A DNA stretch of 64,000 nt from Octopus sinensis (Eukaryota). The notes beneath the pieces were generated by a model, which worked only from the letters and a program-made list of their open reading frames with translations, had not been told where the DNA came from and made no database searches. This document shows positions 36,907-49,525 of this stretch, one piece after another (the first letter of the stretch is position 1; each line of letters opens with the position of its first letter). The stretch lies in the NCBI RefSeq assembly GCF_006345805.1, contig NC_043021.1, positions 6,820,001-6,884,000 on the forward strand. The letters run 5' to 3'. Both the position numbers and the translations under genes were made by a program.

Positions 36907-37236
36907 CAAGCACAGAAACATACACACTCATACATGCAAACACGCAAGCATACACACATGCATGTACACACACACACAGGTGCACATGCACATATCCACA
37001 TATACCCACATATCCACACATGTCCATTTACTCGTTTGAATTTTCAGTGGCTTTTCCAGAGTAGGAAAGGCAGCATCTAATGTCGGTATTGAGAAAAAAA
37101 TGTACCCAGTACTCTGCAAAAATAGTTCTCACAACCACCTTGCCCTGCTACCCACCAGATCCACTAGAGTAGAGAAACCTGATAAAAGACTTCTTGGGAT
37201 TAATAAATGCCAGGTATCGTGGCTTCCTCCTGCAAT

Positions 37237-38551
37237 CAGGGCTGGCACTAGGAAGTGCAGGGCCCAATTAGAGAATTGTCAGTGGGGGCCCCCTACTCTA
37301 CAAAAGCAGAAGAATGATGTTTTATACTTAGTATAGTATGCCAGTCCCAGCCAAAAACATTGAGGGCCTGAGACTCCACCGTTAGCTACATGATATGCTA
37401 AAACTTGAAAGCTCATAAAAGTTTCATGTTATATTACAAGTCAAGATAACTAGTGACATACTGTGTGTGAATAGGCCTTCTAAAAACAGGCTTTTCTGAC
37501 TTTTTTTTTTATCTGAGATGTCTTTCAAAATCATTTCAAAGCCAATGGTTTTTGCAATGTCATTTTCTAAAGAAAGTATTGCCAAATTATTTAGTCTTTC
37601 TTGTGAAATCGCTGACCGTAGGCAGGTATGTTTTAATCAGTTTCAGTTTTGAAAAACTTCTTTCACCTGATGCAACTGTTAGAGGCATAGTTAGGTAAAT
37701 CCTCAAAGCAATAAAACCATTAAGAAATGCTGTGAACTGATTGTTTGTTGCCAGGCATTCAAGCAAAAATTGAGGCTTAATGCCATTGAAAAGAAGAAAG
37801 TTTTGAGAGATTGAAGCTTCTCAGCCAACAGATAACCATGTATGTCTTTTGTTGTTTCTATAACTATCAGCTCTGTCAGTGCTGTGTATTAGTGTGGTTT
37901 CAGATAAAGTTGCCTTAAGGACTGCTGTGTGCTTCCTAACTTCTGCCTTTTGTAAGTGTTGTATTACATGTTCAACATACGATATAACGGGATAATAATA
38001 ATGTCCTTGTAAATTGTTCTACTCGAGATACTGGTAATAACCTTCGACAGTATGCAACTCTCAGCTTTACTCTCTCCTGAAGGCTCTCTGCGTATGTCCA
38101 TTTATATTGTGGCACAGTCCATTAGGAGCCAACCAACAGGGGTGTTCTACTTCCACACAACAGTAAGCTCCAGAACTTATTTAAAAATCCAGATAATTTT
38201 ATGTAACTTTTAAGCTGCTGAAATCGAGACTTTAAAGACTGAATAGCTGAGCTGAGCTGATTATGATGTCCTGCCTATCAGACATTGCCAGGCACTCATT
38301 TCGCAGGAAAATAAATATCTCAGTTAAAGAGGATGTTTTTCTAAAGTCATGCTGTGAATTTATTGTTGAACAAAAACATAAAAAGAACTGTGTGGCTATT
38401 CTCACTTAATGCTGTCAAAGAGTTTAATTCATCATAGCATCCTCTGTTCAAGCTTGTGCACAGCTCCTCTCTGTGCAAGGCCCTCTCTTGGTGCAGGGCC
38501 CAATTTCAACAAATCTGTCTAATTGGCTTAAAACTGGCCATGCCAGCCCTG
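37237..38551 (-). mobile_element. Internally deleted hAT transposon
   Basis: Ends CAGGGCTGGCA / TGCCAGCCCTG; contains a hAT C-terminal dimerisation-domain remnant. Confidence 0.8.
37514..37735 (-). pseudogene. hAT transposase C-terminal (dimerisation domain) fragment
   Basis: IALRIYLTMPLTVASGERSFSKLKLIKTYL, frameshift, RSAISQERLNNLAILSLENDIA. Confidence 0.88.
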
Positions 38552-38764
38552 ATTGCAGGAGGAAGCCACGACACCTGGTATTTATTAATCCCGAGAAGTC
38601 TTTTATCAGGTTTCTCTACTCTGGTGGATCTGGTTGGTAGCAGGGCAAGGTGGTTGGGGCAAATGGGTTGTGAGAACTAGTTTTACAGAGTACTGGGTAC
38701 ATTTTTTTTCTCAATACCAACATTAGATGCTGCCTTTCCTACTCTCTTGGAAGGTGGCATCAGT

Positions 38765-39065
38765 AGTGCTACTTCAAGTCAAACTGCATTTCATCTTGGT
38801 TAATTCTTTCTTGAATTAGTTGTGTTCTAACTCTTTCTGAGATTTTTGCTAACATCTGTAACCTAGTCCAATAGTTTAAGACTACCTCCCTCTAAAGCAT
38901 CTCCTTTGCCTTTGTAGTAGTTGACAATGATGCTGCTATGCTAGCCATTAGACATGGTACCCTCTTCACTCACCTAATTGACTATGCTGTTGACTACTCC
39001 AATAGCCATTTTAAGCACCTCAGCAGTGATTCTTAAAGGACTAGTTGCTTTTCTTGCCTTCACAT
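38765..39065 (-). pseudogene. Decayed RTE-clade reverse transcriptase fragment
   Basis: KATSPLRITAEVLK...SIIVNYYKGKGDAL...DEMQF...STTDA. Confidence 0.75.
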
Positions 39066-39165
39066 TCCTAATTACTCTATCTTTCACAGTGTTTCTCAAC
39101 CTATGAACCCTTTAGATTGTTATCTTACTCTAGTAGACCCTCATAGCCATTCGATATTTGAAAAC

Positions 39166-39397
39166 GGCGGCAAGCTGGTAGAAACATTAGCACGCCGGGC
39201 GAAATGCTTAGCGGTATTTCGTCTGCGTTACGTTGTGAGTTCAAATTCCGCCGAGGTCGACTTTGCCTTTCATCCTTTCGGGGTCGATAAATTAAGTACC
39301 AGTTACGAACTGGGGTCGATGTAATCGACTTAATACCTATGTCTGTCCTTGTTTGTTCCCTCTGTGTTTAGCCCCTTGTGGGTAATAAAGAAATAGG
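39166..39397 (+). mobile_element. SINE-A monomer
   Basis: TSD TATTTGAAAAC at 39155-39165 and 39398-39408. Confidence 0.92.
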
Positions 39398-39576
39398 TAT
39401 TTGAAAACTAGTTTTGTAGATATTGCTTTCAAAATTCCTAATTTGTTTTTCACACACTCACTTGTGTAGGGGAACATGTTTCAGGGACCAGAAACATGTT
39501 GAACTATACTAAGCATTAGAAAAAGAACCCTAGTTGTTTCTTGCAATAAATACAATTAGAGCTAAAATTTTTCACA

Positions 39577-39740
39577 GCGTAGGAGTGGCTATATGGTAAG
39601 TAGCTTGCTTACCAACCACATGGTTCCGGGTTCAGCCCCACTGTGTAACACCTTGTGCAAGTGTCTTCTACTATAGCCTCAGGCTGACCAAAGCCTTGTG
39701 AGTGGATTTGGTAGATGGAAACTGAAAGAAACCCGTCGTA

Positions 39741-39793
<53 letters not shown>

Positions 39794-40015
39794 ATGTGTA
39801 TATGTTTGTGTGTCTGTGTTTGTCCCCTCAACATCACTTGACAACCGATGCTGATGTGTTTACATCCCCGTAACTTAGCAGTTCGGCAAAAGAGACCAAT
39901 AGAATAAGTACTAGGCTTACTAAGAATAAGTCCCGGGGTCGATTTGCTCGACTGAAGGCAGTGCTCCTACATGGCCGCAGTCAGATGATTGAAGCAAGTA
40001 AAAGTGTAAAGTGTA
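39577..40015 (+). mobile_element. SINE-B full length
   Basis: Family motifs. Confidence 0.9.
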
Positions 40016-40351
40016 TTATTAAATTATCGTTAATAAAAATAGAGGCAAGCGAGAATGAGAGACTGTTGCAAAGAAAAATGTAAAATGTGGCCTACAATGA
40101 ATTAATATTATTTATTATTAAACATTAAAATCTACTCCACAGTGAATGCAATGAATATTTAAATTTGCAAGAAATTGGAGTTAAAAAATTCAATAAACTT
40201 CATAAATCAAAATTGTAGGAAATTTCTCAGAACATGAATTTATAAAAATATTTCCAGACGATCAACCCTTTAATAATTCCTTTTAGTACTTTTAGTAAAT
40301 GTTACATACCTAATTAGTAAGCAGCCTTCTCTATTATAGTATAGATTTTTA

Positions 40352-40790
40352 TAAAAAGCACTATCCGAACGTGGCCGATGCCAGCGCCGCCCCGACTGGC
40401 TTCTGTGCCGGTGGCACATAAAAGCACCACCCGAACGTGGCCGATGCCAGCGCCGCCCCGACTGGATCCTGTGCCGGTGGCACATAAAAAGACCATCCGA
40501 ACGTTGCCAGCGCCGCCTTGGCTGGCTTCCGTGCCGCTGGCACGTTAAAAGCTCCAACCGATCGTGACCGATGCCGGACCCCCCCTGGCACCTGTGCAGG
40601 TGGCACGTAAAAAGCACCCACTACACTCGCGGAGTAGTTGGCGTTAGGAAAGGCATCCAGCCATAGAAACTCTGCCAGATCAGACTGGAGCCTGGAGCAG
40701 TCCCTGGCTTCCCAGACCCCGGTCGAACCGTCCAACCCGTGCTAGCGCGGAAAACGGACGTTAAACGATGATGATGAGGAGGAGGAGGAT
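40352..40790 (+). mobile_element. SINE-E with internal ~56-bp tandem repeats
   Basis: Nearly the same as 58371-58843. Confidence 0.88.
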
Positions 40791-41344
40791 TAAGGTGAAA
40801 AAGGCAGGGAGCTGGCAGAATTATTAGTGTGCTGGACAAAGTGCTTAGCAGTATTTCACCCGTTGCTACGTTCTGAGTTCAAATTCCACCGAGGTCAACT
40901 TTGCCTTTCATCCTTTCAGGGTCAATAAATTTAAGTACGAGTGAAACAATGGGGTCGATATAATCAACTAGTCCCCACTTATACTTTACTGTCCTCTTCT
41001 CAGTTTCTATCTGCACTTCGGCTGGGATTTCTAGGTTTGCCCATGTTCCCCAAGAGTTGCAGAAGATTCCAAAGTCGTCTGGAGGTCGTGGTTGAAGCCA
41101 ATGGCGATTTTATTGAATAAATTTACTCTTTACTATTTCAGGATATTTTTATGTAATTTCAGTAAATATGTTTGTTAACATGAGATGTCAGTGTTATTTT
41201 CATTTTTGCATAATTTAGATGACAGTTTAGTCACCACACCCTGTAGTTTGTTCCAACAGAACATCCACTTTTAAGTGGGGATAAATATTACCTCTTGGTA
41301 TTAACACTACCTCTGTCACTAATCTATATTTTTTAACAATCTAA

Positions 41345-41813
41345 TTCAGTTTCTGTCTACCAAATCCACTCACAAGGCTTCGGTCGACCCAAGGCTATAG
41401 TAGAAGACAATTGCCCAAGGTGTCACGCAGTGGGACTGAACCCAGAACCACGTGGTTCGTAAGCAAGCTGCTTACCACACAGCCACTCCTATGTAAAAAT
41501 TGTTGCAGCTAACATGTTCATACTCCACCAAACAACTGAGCTATTGGCCCACACAAACATCCTGCCCCACCATGTGCAGTACTCAATACAAGGAACTGAT
41601 GTCGCTGACTATACTATGCCTCAGCCTGCCACCAAGGTGGAGCTCGTATTCTGCTAATATCCTGTCTGAACACATTGGCCTAGAAATAAAGCAAATAGCT
41701 ATTTATACCACATAACCAGAGCTAGCCAATACAAGCCTAAATACCTAGAAGTCCTCCTCAATTTTTCTCAAACTTTCAACCAACCTCTTTACATTAGATA
41801 TCCTCTTTTACTT
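41345..41813 (+). repeat. Direct duplicate of 47279-47746
   Basis: Includes ~325 bp of otherwise unique spacer. Confidence 0.92.
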
Positions 41814-42584
41814 TTACTGGCTAATCAGTGCCTTCTCTGACACTGTTTTTCTATATATTGCTGATGGGGAGATGAATTGCTGCTATCTTTAGCAGTTTAG
41901 CATCCATCATTGACAAAACCAAAGAAGGTTGAAATCATGTGATCTGGTGGTCTTAGTGCTGGAGTTGTCAGGGATTTCCCATTAGCAATATAAACAAGAA
42001 TGCATTTTGCACCAAAAGCCAAAATGAGAGTTTTCTCATGGTATCTAGTTCAGTATAGTGTGTTCCAACAGAACATCCATGTTTAAGTAGAGATAAAAAA
42101 AAAAACTATTGAATGATTCCAACCAGATCAACTTGGATCATTGGTCTGCTGGAAAAGTACTTACCTAAGGTTAAACAGCAACAACAACAATGATAAAGGT
42201 AATATCTATAATGATAAACACGAAATTCTGTCTGTCTGGGACCCCTGTATCTTAGTCTACATTTACTCTACCTAGAAATATTATACCCTTTTGGAATCAG
42301 AATAATCCCAAGTTGGAAAATCTGCCCTTCATTTGGTTCTTGAACATCCAGCATTAGGATCTGGTTTAAAAGCATTATGGGTTGCTATTTCTAGCAGGTA
42401 AAGCTTGGTTGATTTACACCATCTTGGTTAGCATTTTTCAGAAGACATCAGAGATCAGGGGTGGGGGTGGGGGTAAATGACATTCAATTCTTTACTTTTA
42501 TGTTGAGATAAGAACTTTGGGACAAATTGGCCAACAGTTGGAATTCAGCTTGGAACTGAAACAATAGAATGATTGCATTACAGA

Positions 42585-42931
42585 ATTGCTCACAACATCA
42601 TAAGCGGAAAGTGTAACCTCTCGAAAGAGCTGTTCTTCACTCCTGCTCCAGAGCGTCGGCTGCAGGGTCACTCCGAAAAGCTCTATCTGTGACGATTTCA
42701 TCTCAATCGAAGGAGAGGAGCTTTCTCCGTCTGGGTAGCGAATCAGTGGAATAAGCTGCCAGACGAGATAGTGAAGATGCCGACGACCACTCGGTTCAAA
42801 GTCTCCCTTGACCAGAAATGGCCTGAACTCTTTGCATGAACACCCTCCCTGTACATAACTCCATGTCCCCCTACATGGCCTTGCTTTTTGCTTTTTGAGC
42901 CAAAAAATTAACATAACTTAACTTAACTTAA
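42585..42931 (+). mobile_element. CR1-type LINE 3' end, second family
   Basis: Plus strand RLQGHSEKLY*RFHLNRRRGAFSVWVANQWNKLPDEIVKMPTTTRFKVSLDQKWPELFA*; (TAACT)n tail. Confidence 0.85.
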
Positions 42932-42992
42932 TTCTTATCCGTCCTTAACCTCTGATCAAACGCCACTGGGGCATATAGTCTTTATAGACTTA

Positions 42993-43413
42993 CTAGCAGC
43001 ATAGCCCGGCATTTCCCGGGTATGTAAGAGCCCCTAGTAGGCAACGACTAATCCCAATCTAGTCCTTTCCCTCTAGGGAACGAAGGCGCATGTGTAGGTT
43101 GCAATGTCTTCTCTTCACTCGAATACTTCTGTGTATACGATGTTCCTAGCTGTCCCTAGCTGTCGAGTTGTGTCCCCTAGACAGAAAATGTGTTGCATAT
43201 AAAAAGCTTAGATTCTCGACCCCATGTCGAATTTATCGATATTTTTCAGAACTGGGAGAACTTTTCAAAATTTTCGCTGCGTTAGTTTTCAATTATGACA
43301 TTGGGTTATGTGTGTGTCAAGTTTCATCAGAACTGGTTGAAAGCCGTGGTCAGGGTGAGGGTACAACCTGACAGACACACAGACAGACAAACTGCCATTT
43401 ATATAGAGAGAGA
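42993..43413 (-). mobile_element. Non-autonomous Helitron, second family
   Basis: Minus strand A|TCTCTCTCTATATAAA ... CCCGGGAAATGCCGGG hairpin ... CTAG|T; ACAG repeats near the 5' end. Confidence 0.85.
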
Positions 43414-43565
43414 TTATGGTCATGCTGTTCAGGTCTGTTTCGTTTTGCCCTCTGCAGGAACTAGCTTAAAAGCTTTACATGGAGTGCAGCTTTTAAGCCA
43501 ATTATAAATAAAAGACAAATTGTGTTAGAAAGAAATGAAAATGAGTTATTTTCCATATTTTTCAG

Positions 43566-43630
43566 GTGAAAAAGTTAATACTGAAAGAGGAAGAAACCCG
43601 CTTATTTGATGTTTTGCGGGAGTATCAGAG
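43566..43630 (+). CDS. USH1C: Harmonin coding exon 2 (VKKLILKEEETRLFDVLREYQ + AG)
   Basis: Acceptor ttttcag|GTG, donor AG|gtcagt, 65 bp, phase 0 to 2. LFDVLREYQ resembles human LYDVLRMYH. Confidence 0.92.
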
Positions 43631-43795
43631 GTCAGTCTTATTTCTATTATTGGTGTTGTTGTCAGCATCATTTATCATTCCCACCATCACTATCCTCACC
43701 AAAATCATCATCAACATGAATGTATTTATCATGACCATCATTGCTACATCACTGTCATCCTTACCATCATCATCTCCAACATCATCATTATCGCC

Positions 43796-43827
<32 letters not shown>

Positions 43828-44279
43828 CATCACCATTGTTGTCATCATCATTCGTATCATGAAAAATTCAAGGGCGTCTTTTGTTTGTTCCAATCTTTTT
43901 GTGTTGAATTTTAATTGCTGTGATCATCCAACAAACTAACATATATATGGAACAAAAGAGAACAATCAATTTCGTTGATGAACTCCATATCTACCTGGGT
44001 ATGATTTTTTTTTCTTGATGAGACTAACAACTTACTTTGTAAACTTCATAATAAACAAGTTGAAAAATCTCATAGCAAAATCTTTTTCTAGTGATATCTT
44101 TACGTACATTTTCTATTGCCAGTAACATATAATTTATTGTTGTTGTGTGTTCCTTCTCAAGCTATGCCTGGCTCATTAGGGCCGGTTTCCTGGTTTCCTT
44201 GGCGTATAGGTTCCCCACCTGGACGGGACACCAGTCTTTCGCAGGTGGGCTGCAAGATGCAGGAGGAAAGAGTGAAAGA

Positions 44280-44680
44280 AATTTGTGTGGTAATTAGCTT
44301 GCTTCCCAACCACATGGTTCTGAGTTCAGTCCTACAACTTGCCACCTTGGGCAAGTGTCTTCTACTATAGCCACGGGCCTATCAAAGTCTTGTAAGTGTA
44401 TTTGGTAGAAAGAAACTGAAAGAAGCCTGTCGTGTGTGTGTGTGTGTGTGTGTGTGTATGTCTGTCTGTCTGTCTGTCCCCCACCACCACTTGACAGCCG
44501 GTATTGACGTATTTTTGTCCCCATAACTTAGCAGTTCAGCATAAGAGTTTGATAAAATAAGTACCAGGCTTAAAAATGTAAAGTACTATGGTCAATTCAT
44601 TCAACTAAAAGGAAGTCCTTCAAGGTGGTGCCCCAGCATGGCCACAGTCTAATGACTGAAGCAAGTAATAGATAAAAGAT
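44280..44680 (+). mobile_element. SINE-B, older variant
   Basis: Family motifs. Confidence 0.8.
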
Positions 44681-44719
44681 AATATATTTGTTTCTTTATA
44701 AAATGATTAATATACATAT

Positions 44720-45426
44720 TTAACCCTTTCGTTACCGTATTTATTTTGAGATGCTCTGTGTTTCATTCAATTTATTTTAAATATAACAAAGAATTTAGTA
44801 AAATAACTCAGTTATCATTAAGCTAGTGTTAGGAACATAAATTGTGACTAAGGTTTGGTGGAAGATTTTAATTCAAAACTTCTGAAAATAAGATATTTGT
44901 ACTCAGAGCCAGAGGTGGTTTCAGCCGGGTTGGTAATGAAAGGGTTAAGGAATTTAGTAAAAGAACTTAGTTATCATTAAGCTAGTGTTAGGAACATAAA
45001 TTGTGACTAAGGTTTGGTGGAAGATTTTAATTCAAAACTTCTGAAAATAAGATATTTGTACTCAGAGCCAGAGGTGGTTTCAGCCGGGTTGGTAATGAAA
45101 GGGTTAAGGAATTTAGTAAAAGAACTTAGTTATCATTAAGCTAGTGTTAGGAACATAAATTGTGACTAAGGTTTGGTGGAAGATTTTAATTCAAAACTTC
45201 TGAAAATAAGGTATTTGTACTCAGAGCCAGAGGCGGTTTCAGCCGGTTTGGTAATGAAAGGGTTAAGGAATTTAGTAAAATAATTTAGTTATCATTCAGC
45301 TAGTGTTAGGAACATAAATTGTGACAAAGGTTTGGTGGAAGATTTTAATCCAGAACTTATGAAAACAAGACATTTGTACTGCAGAGCCAGAGGCGGTTTT
45401 GGCCGGGCTGGTATCAAAAGGGTTAA
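44720..45426 (+). mobile_element. MITE family F plus three extra 159-bp tandem units
   Basis: Monomer 44720-44948; extra units start at 44949, 45108, 45267. Confidence 0.92.
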
Positions 45427-46159
45427 GGTGCACACGTGTGTGTGTGTGCGTGTGAATGCAGTCTTCTCAGTTATTTGATGTTGCTCAGATATTCTGTCCC
45501 CAAACTGATACAAAGGAAAAAGTCTTTAAGCTTCATTGATAATTCCCAGCACAGAACAAAGATCCGTTTGTTTGCTGACAGATATTTTATCTGTAGCATG
45601 GGAAAGGAAACCGAACTTGCCCTCTATGCAATATCACCTTCATTTCTTAAGGTCATACCTGCTTGTCCTATATACTATGGTTCTCACCACATCCTGAACA
45701 TCTTCCATACACCCAGAATAAAGCTGAAAATTCGAACTTGTTTAAAAAGGAATTTTGAACCTAGTATATTTGATATTTATTTATCTATGTGTGTGTGTGT
45801 GTGTGTCAAGTCAGTTGTTACAACATTGGGTGTGGTTGAACAATGCAAGAAAAGGTGTGACATAAGTGTTCATTTTATATTTAAAATTTTTTTCTTTTGT
45901 ATTTTATTTGATTTGTTTATTTCTATACCTTGTCAAAATTTTTTATATTCTTTTTTTTTTTTTAACTGGTTTCTGTACTGGGTCACGGTCATACTAGAGC
46001 ACTTTTTATGGGTATTTATTTTGTCAATTATGTAGACCCCACCTCTCCCCGATATTTATTATTGGAGTCTGCTATTTTATTTTGATTGATCTCTATTTGT
46101 CAAACCCCTAGGTTATGGTGCACAAAGATAACTAATACTGTCAACCATGAACATAGATA

Positions 46160-46790
46160 TAAACATATATAAACACACACACACACATACACACATGCAT
46201 ACAGGTGCATGCATACGCACACACACACACGCATACAGGTGCATACATACGCACACACACATACACGCACACACACGCATACAGGTGCATGCATACGCAC
46301 ACACACATACACGCGCACACACACACACGCATACAGGTGCATTCATACGCACACACACACACACACACGCATACAGGTGCATGCATATGCACACACACAT
46401 ACACGCGCACACACACACGCATACAGGTGCATGCATATGCACACACACATACACGCGCACACACACGCATACAGGTGCATGCATACGCACACACACATAC
46501 ACGCGCACACACATATGCATACAGGTGCATTCATACGCACACACATACATGCACACACACACACGCATACAGGTGCATGCATATGCACACACACATACAC
46601 GCACACACACACGCATACAGGTGCATGCATACGCACACACACATACACGCGCACACACACGCATACAGGTGCATGCATACGCACACACACATACACGCGC
46701 ACACACACACGCATACAGGTGCATGCATACGCACACACACATACACACACACACATACAGATACATGCACATGCACACACACAATACACA
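46160..46790. repeat. CA-rich minisatellite, 12 CATACAGGTGCAT cores spaced 34-52 bp
   Basis: Cores counted from 46201 to 46715. Confidence 0.92.
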
Positions 46791-47023
46791 CTACTTTATT
46801 GTTGCCATCAGAAGTACGCACTAGTAACAACTTGTTACCAGTGCGTACTTATGATGGCAACAACTTCAAACAGCTGGCAACTGGCATACGCCACCCTTGG
46901 CCAAGCTGTCACACCCACAAGGGCAGAGTATTTAACCTTTGTCATCGCTACAGATGACAGCTCATTCATGTTAGTCATACCAACTCAATTGTACCCCAAC
47001 ATTACCAAATTTGGTTGCTCTCA

Positions 47024-47422
47024 TACTCTTTTACTTGTTTCAGTCATTTGACTGTGGCCATGCTGGAGCACCGCCTTTAGTCAAGCAAATCGACCCCAGG
47101 ACTCATTCTTTGTAAGCCCAGTACTTATTCTATCAGTCTCTTTTGCCGAACCGCTAAGTTACAGGGACGTAAACACACCAGCATCAGTTGTCAAGCAATG
47201 TTGGGGGGGACAAACACAGACGCACTAACAGATACACACACACATACATATATATATATATATGTACGATGGGCTTCTTTCAGTTTCTGTCTACCAAATC
47301 CACTCACAAGGCTTTGGTCGACCCAAGGCTATAGTAGAAAACACTTGCCTAAGGTGCCACACAGTGGGACTGAACCCAGAACCATGTGCTTCGTAAGCAA
47401 GTTGCTTACACACAGCCACTCC
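47024..47422 (-). mobile_element. SINE-B full length
   Basis: Family motifs. Confidence 0.9.
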
Positions 47423-47734
47423 TATGTAAAAATTGTTGTAGCCAACACGTTCATACTCCACTAAACAACTGAGCTATTGGCCCACACAAATATCCTACCC
47501 CAGCATGTGCAGTACTCAATACAAGGAACTGATGTCGCTGACTATACTATGTCTCAGCCTGCCACCAAGGTGGAGCTCGTATTCTGCTAATATCCTGTCT
47601 GAACACATTGGCCTAGAAAGAAAACAAATAGCTATTTATACCACATAACCAGAGCTAGCCAATACAAGCCTAAATACCTAGAAGTCCTCCTCAATTTTTC
47701 TCAAACTTTCAACCAACCTCTTTACATTAGATAT

Positions 47735-48116
47735 CCTCTTTTACTTGTTTCAATCATTTGACTGTGGCCATGCTGGAGCACCACCTTTAGTTGAGCAAAT
47801 CGACCCCGGGACTTATTCTTTGTAAGCCTAGTACTTATTCTATCAGTCTCTTTTGCCGAACCGCTAAGTTACAGGGACGTAAACACACCACCATCGGTTG
47901 TCAAGCGATGTTGGGAGGACAAACACAAACACACACACATATATCTACATACATATGACGGACTTCTTTCAGTTTCTGTCTACCAAATCCACTCACAAGG
48001 CTTTGGTAGGCCTGAGGCTATAGTAGAAGATACTTGCCCAAGGTTCCACACAGTGGGACTGAACCCGGAACCATCTGGTTCGTAAGCAAGCTACTTACCA
48101 CACAGCCACTCCTGCA
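47735..48116 (-). mobile_element. SINE-B full length
   Basis: Family motifs. Confidence 0.9.
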
Positions 48117-48149
48117 ACTATGTACTTACAAAACTTCATGTCATGGGGA

Positions 48150-49525
48150 GCAGGTGTGGTAAGAAGCTTGCTTCCGAACCACGTGGTACTGAGTTCTTCT
48201 ATTTATCATCCCCAAAAGGATGAAAGGCAAAGTTGACCTCACTGGAATTTGAAGTCAGACCTTAATTACAGGAAATGCTGCTAAGCATTTTACCAGCTTG
48301 CCACCCGTATGTACAATGATATATGGATTTAAAATTCTGGTACCAGGCCAGCTCTTTCGGAGGAATTTAAGTTGATTACCTCAACTAATACCTATTTTAT
48401 CAATCCTGAAAGGATGAAAGGCAAAGTTGACCTTGACAGAATTTAAAGTCAGAACAGGAAGACGGACAAAATACCTATTTCTTTATTACCCACAAGGGGC
48501 TAAACATAGAGGGGACAAACAAGGACAGACATTGGTATTAAGTCGATTACATCGACCCCAGTGCGTAACTGGTACTTAATTTATCGACCCAGAAAGGATG
48601 AAAGGCAAAGTCGACCTCGGCGGAATTTGAACTCACAACGTAACGGCAGACGAAATACCGTTAAGCATCTCACCCAGCGTGCTAACAATTCTGCCAGCTT
48701 ACCACCTTTGTACAATGAAGTATTCTTTTCTACTCCAGGCACAAGGCCCAAAATTTTGGAGGGAAGGACCAGTCGATTAGATCGACCCCAGTATGCAACT
48801 GGTACTTAATTTATCAACCTTGAAATGATGAAAGGCTAAGTCAACCTCGGCGGAATTTAAACTCAGAACATTAAGACAGACAAAATACCTATTTCTTTAC
48901 TACCCACAAGGGGCTAAACACAGAAAGGACAAACAAGGACAGACAAACGGATTAAGTCAATTACATCGACCCTAGTGCGTAAATGGTACTTAATTTATCG
49001 ACCCTGAAAAGATGAAAGGCAAAGTCGCGACCTTGGCGGAATTTGAAGTCAGAATGTGGCAGCAGATGAAATACCTATTTCTTTACTACCCACAAGGGGC
49101 TAAACACAGAGGGGACAAACAAGGACAGACAAACGGATTAAGTCGATTACATCGACCCCAGTGCGTAAGTGGTACTTAATTTATCGACCCTGAAAGGATG
49201 AAAGGCAAAGTCGCGACCTTGGCGGAATTTGAACTCAGAACGTAGCGGCAGACGAAATACCTATTTCTTTATTACCCACAAGGGACGAAACACAGAAAGG
49301 ACAGACAAACGGATTAAGTCAATTACATCGAAACCAGTGCGTAACTGGTACTTAATTTATCGACCCTGAAAGGATGAAAGGCAAAGTCGACCTTGGCGGA
49401 ATTTGAACTCAGAACGTAACGGCAGACGAAATCCGGCTATGCATTTCGCCCGGCGTGCTAACGTTTCTGCCAATACTGCTAAGCATTTTGTCAGGCATGC
49501 TAATGTTTCTGCCGGCTCGTTGCCT
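48150..49525 (-). mobile_element. Stack of SINE-A and A2 units
   Basis: Repeated GAAATACC|TATTTCTTT junctions; TGTACAATGA recurs at ~48312, 48710, 49527. Confidence 0.85.

Noticed and set aside
41248-42097. ~40-bp direct repeats (41248/42059; also ~16023/16727) as long TSDs
   Set aside because: Too diverged, and they do not cleanly bracket a single element.
42203-42340. Third Helitron starting TCTATAATGATAAAC
   Set aside because: 5' end looks right but no 3' hairpin-CTAG found.
42498-42914. 138-aa minus-strand ORF
   Set aside because: Antisense shadow of a plus-strand CR1 3' end.
43566-43862. 98-aa ORF as a single-exon gene
   Set aside because: Only the first 65 bp is exon; GTG is Val after an acceptor and the rest reads into intron and (CAT)n repeat.
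46100-47051. Long ORFs of 100-280 aa in the ORF track
   Set aside because: HT/CV/AY dipeptide runs open in several frames; translation of a minisatellite.
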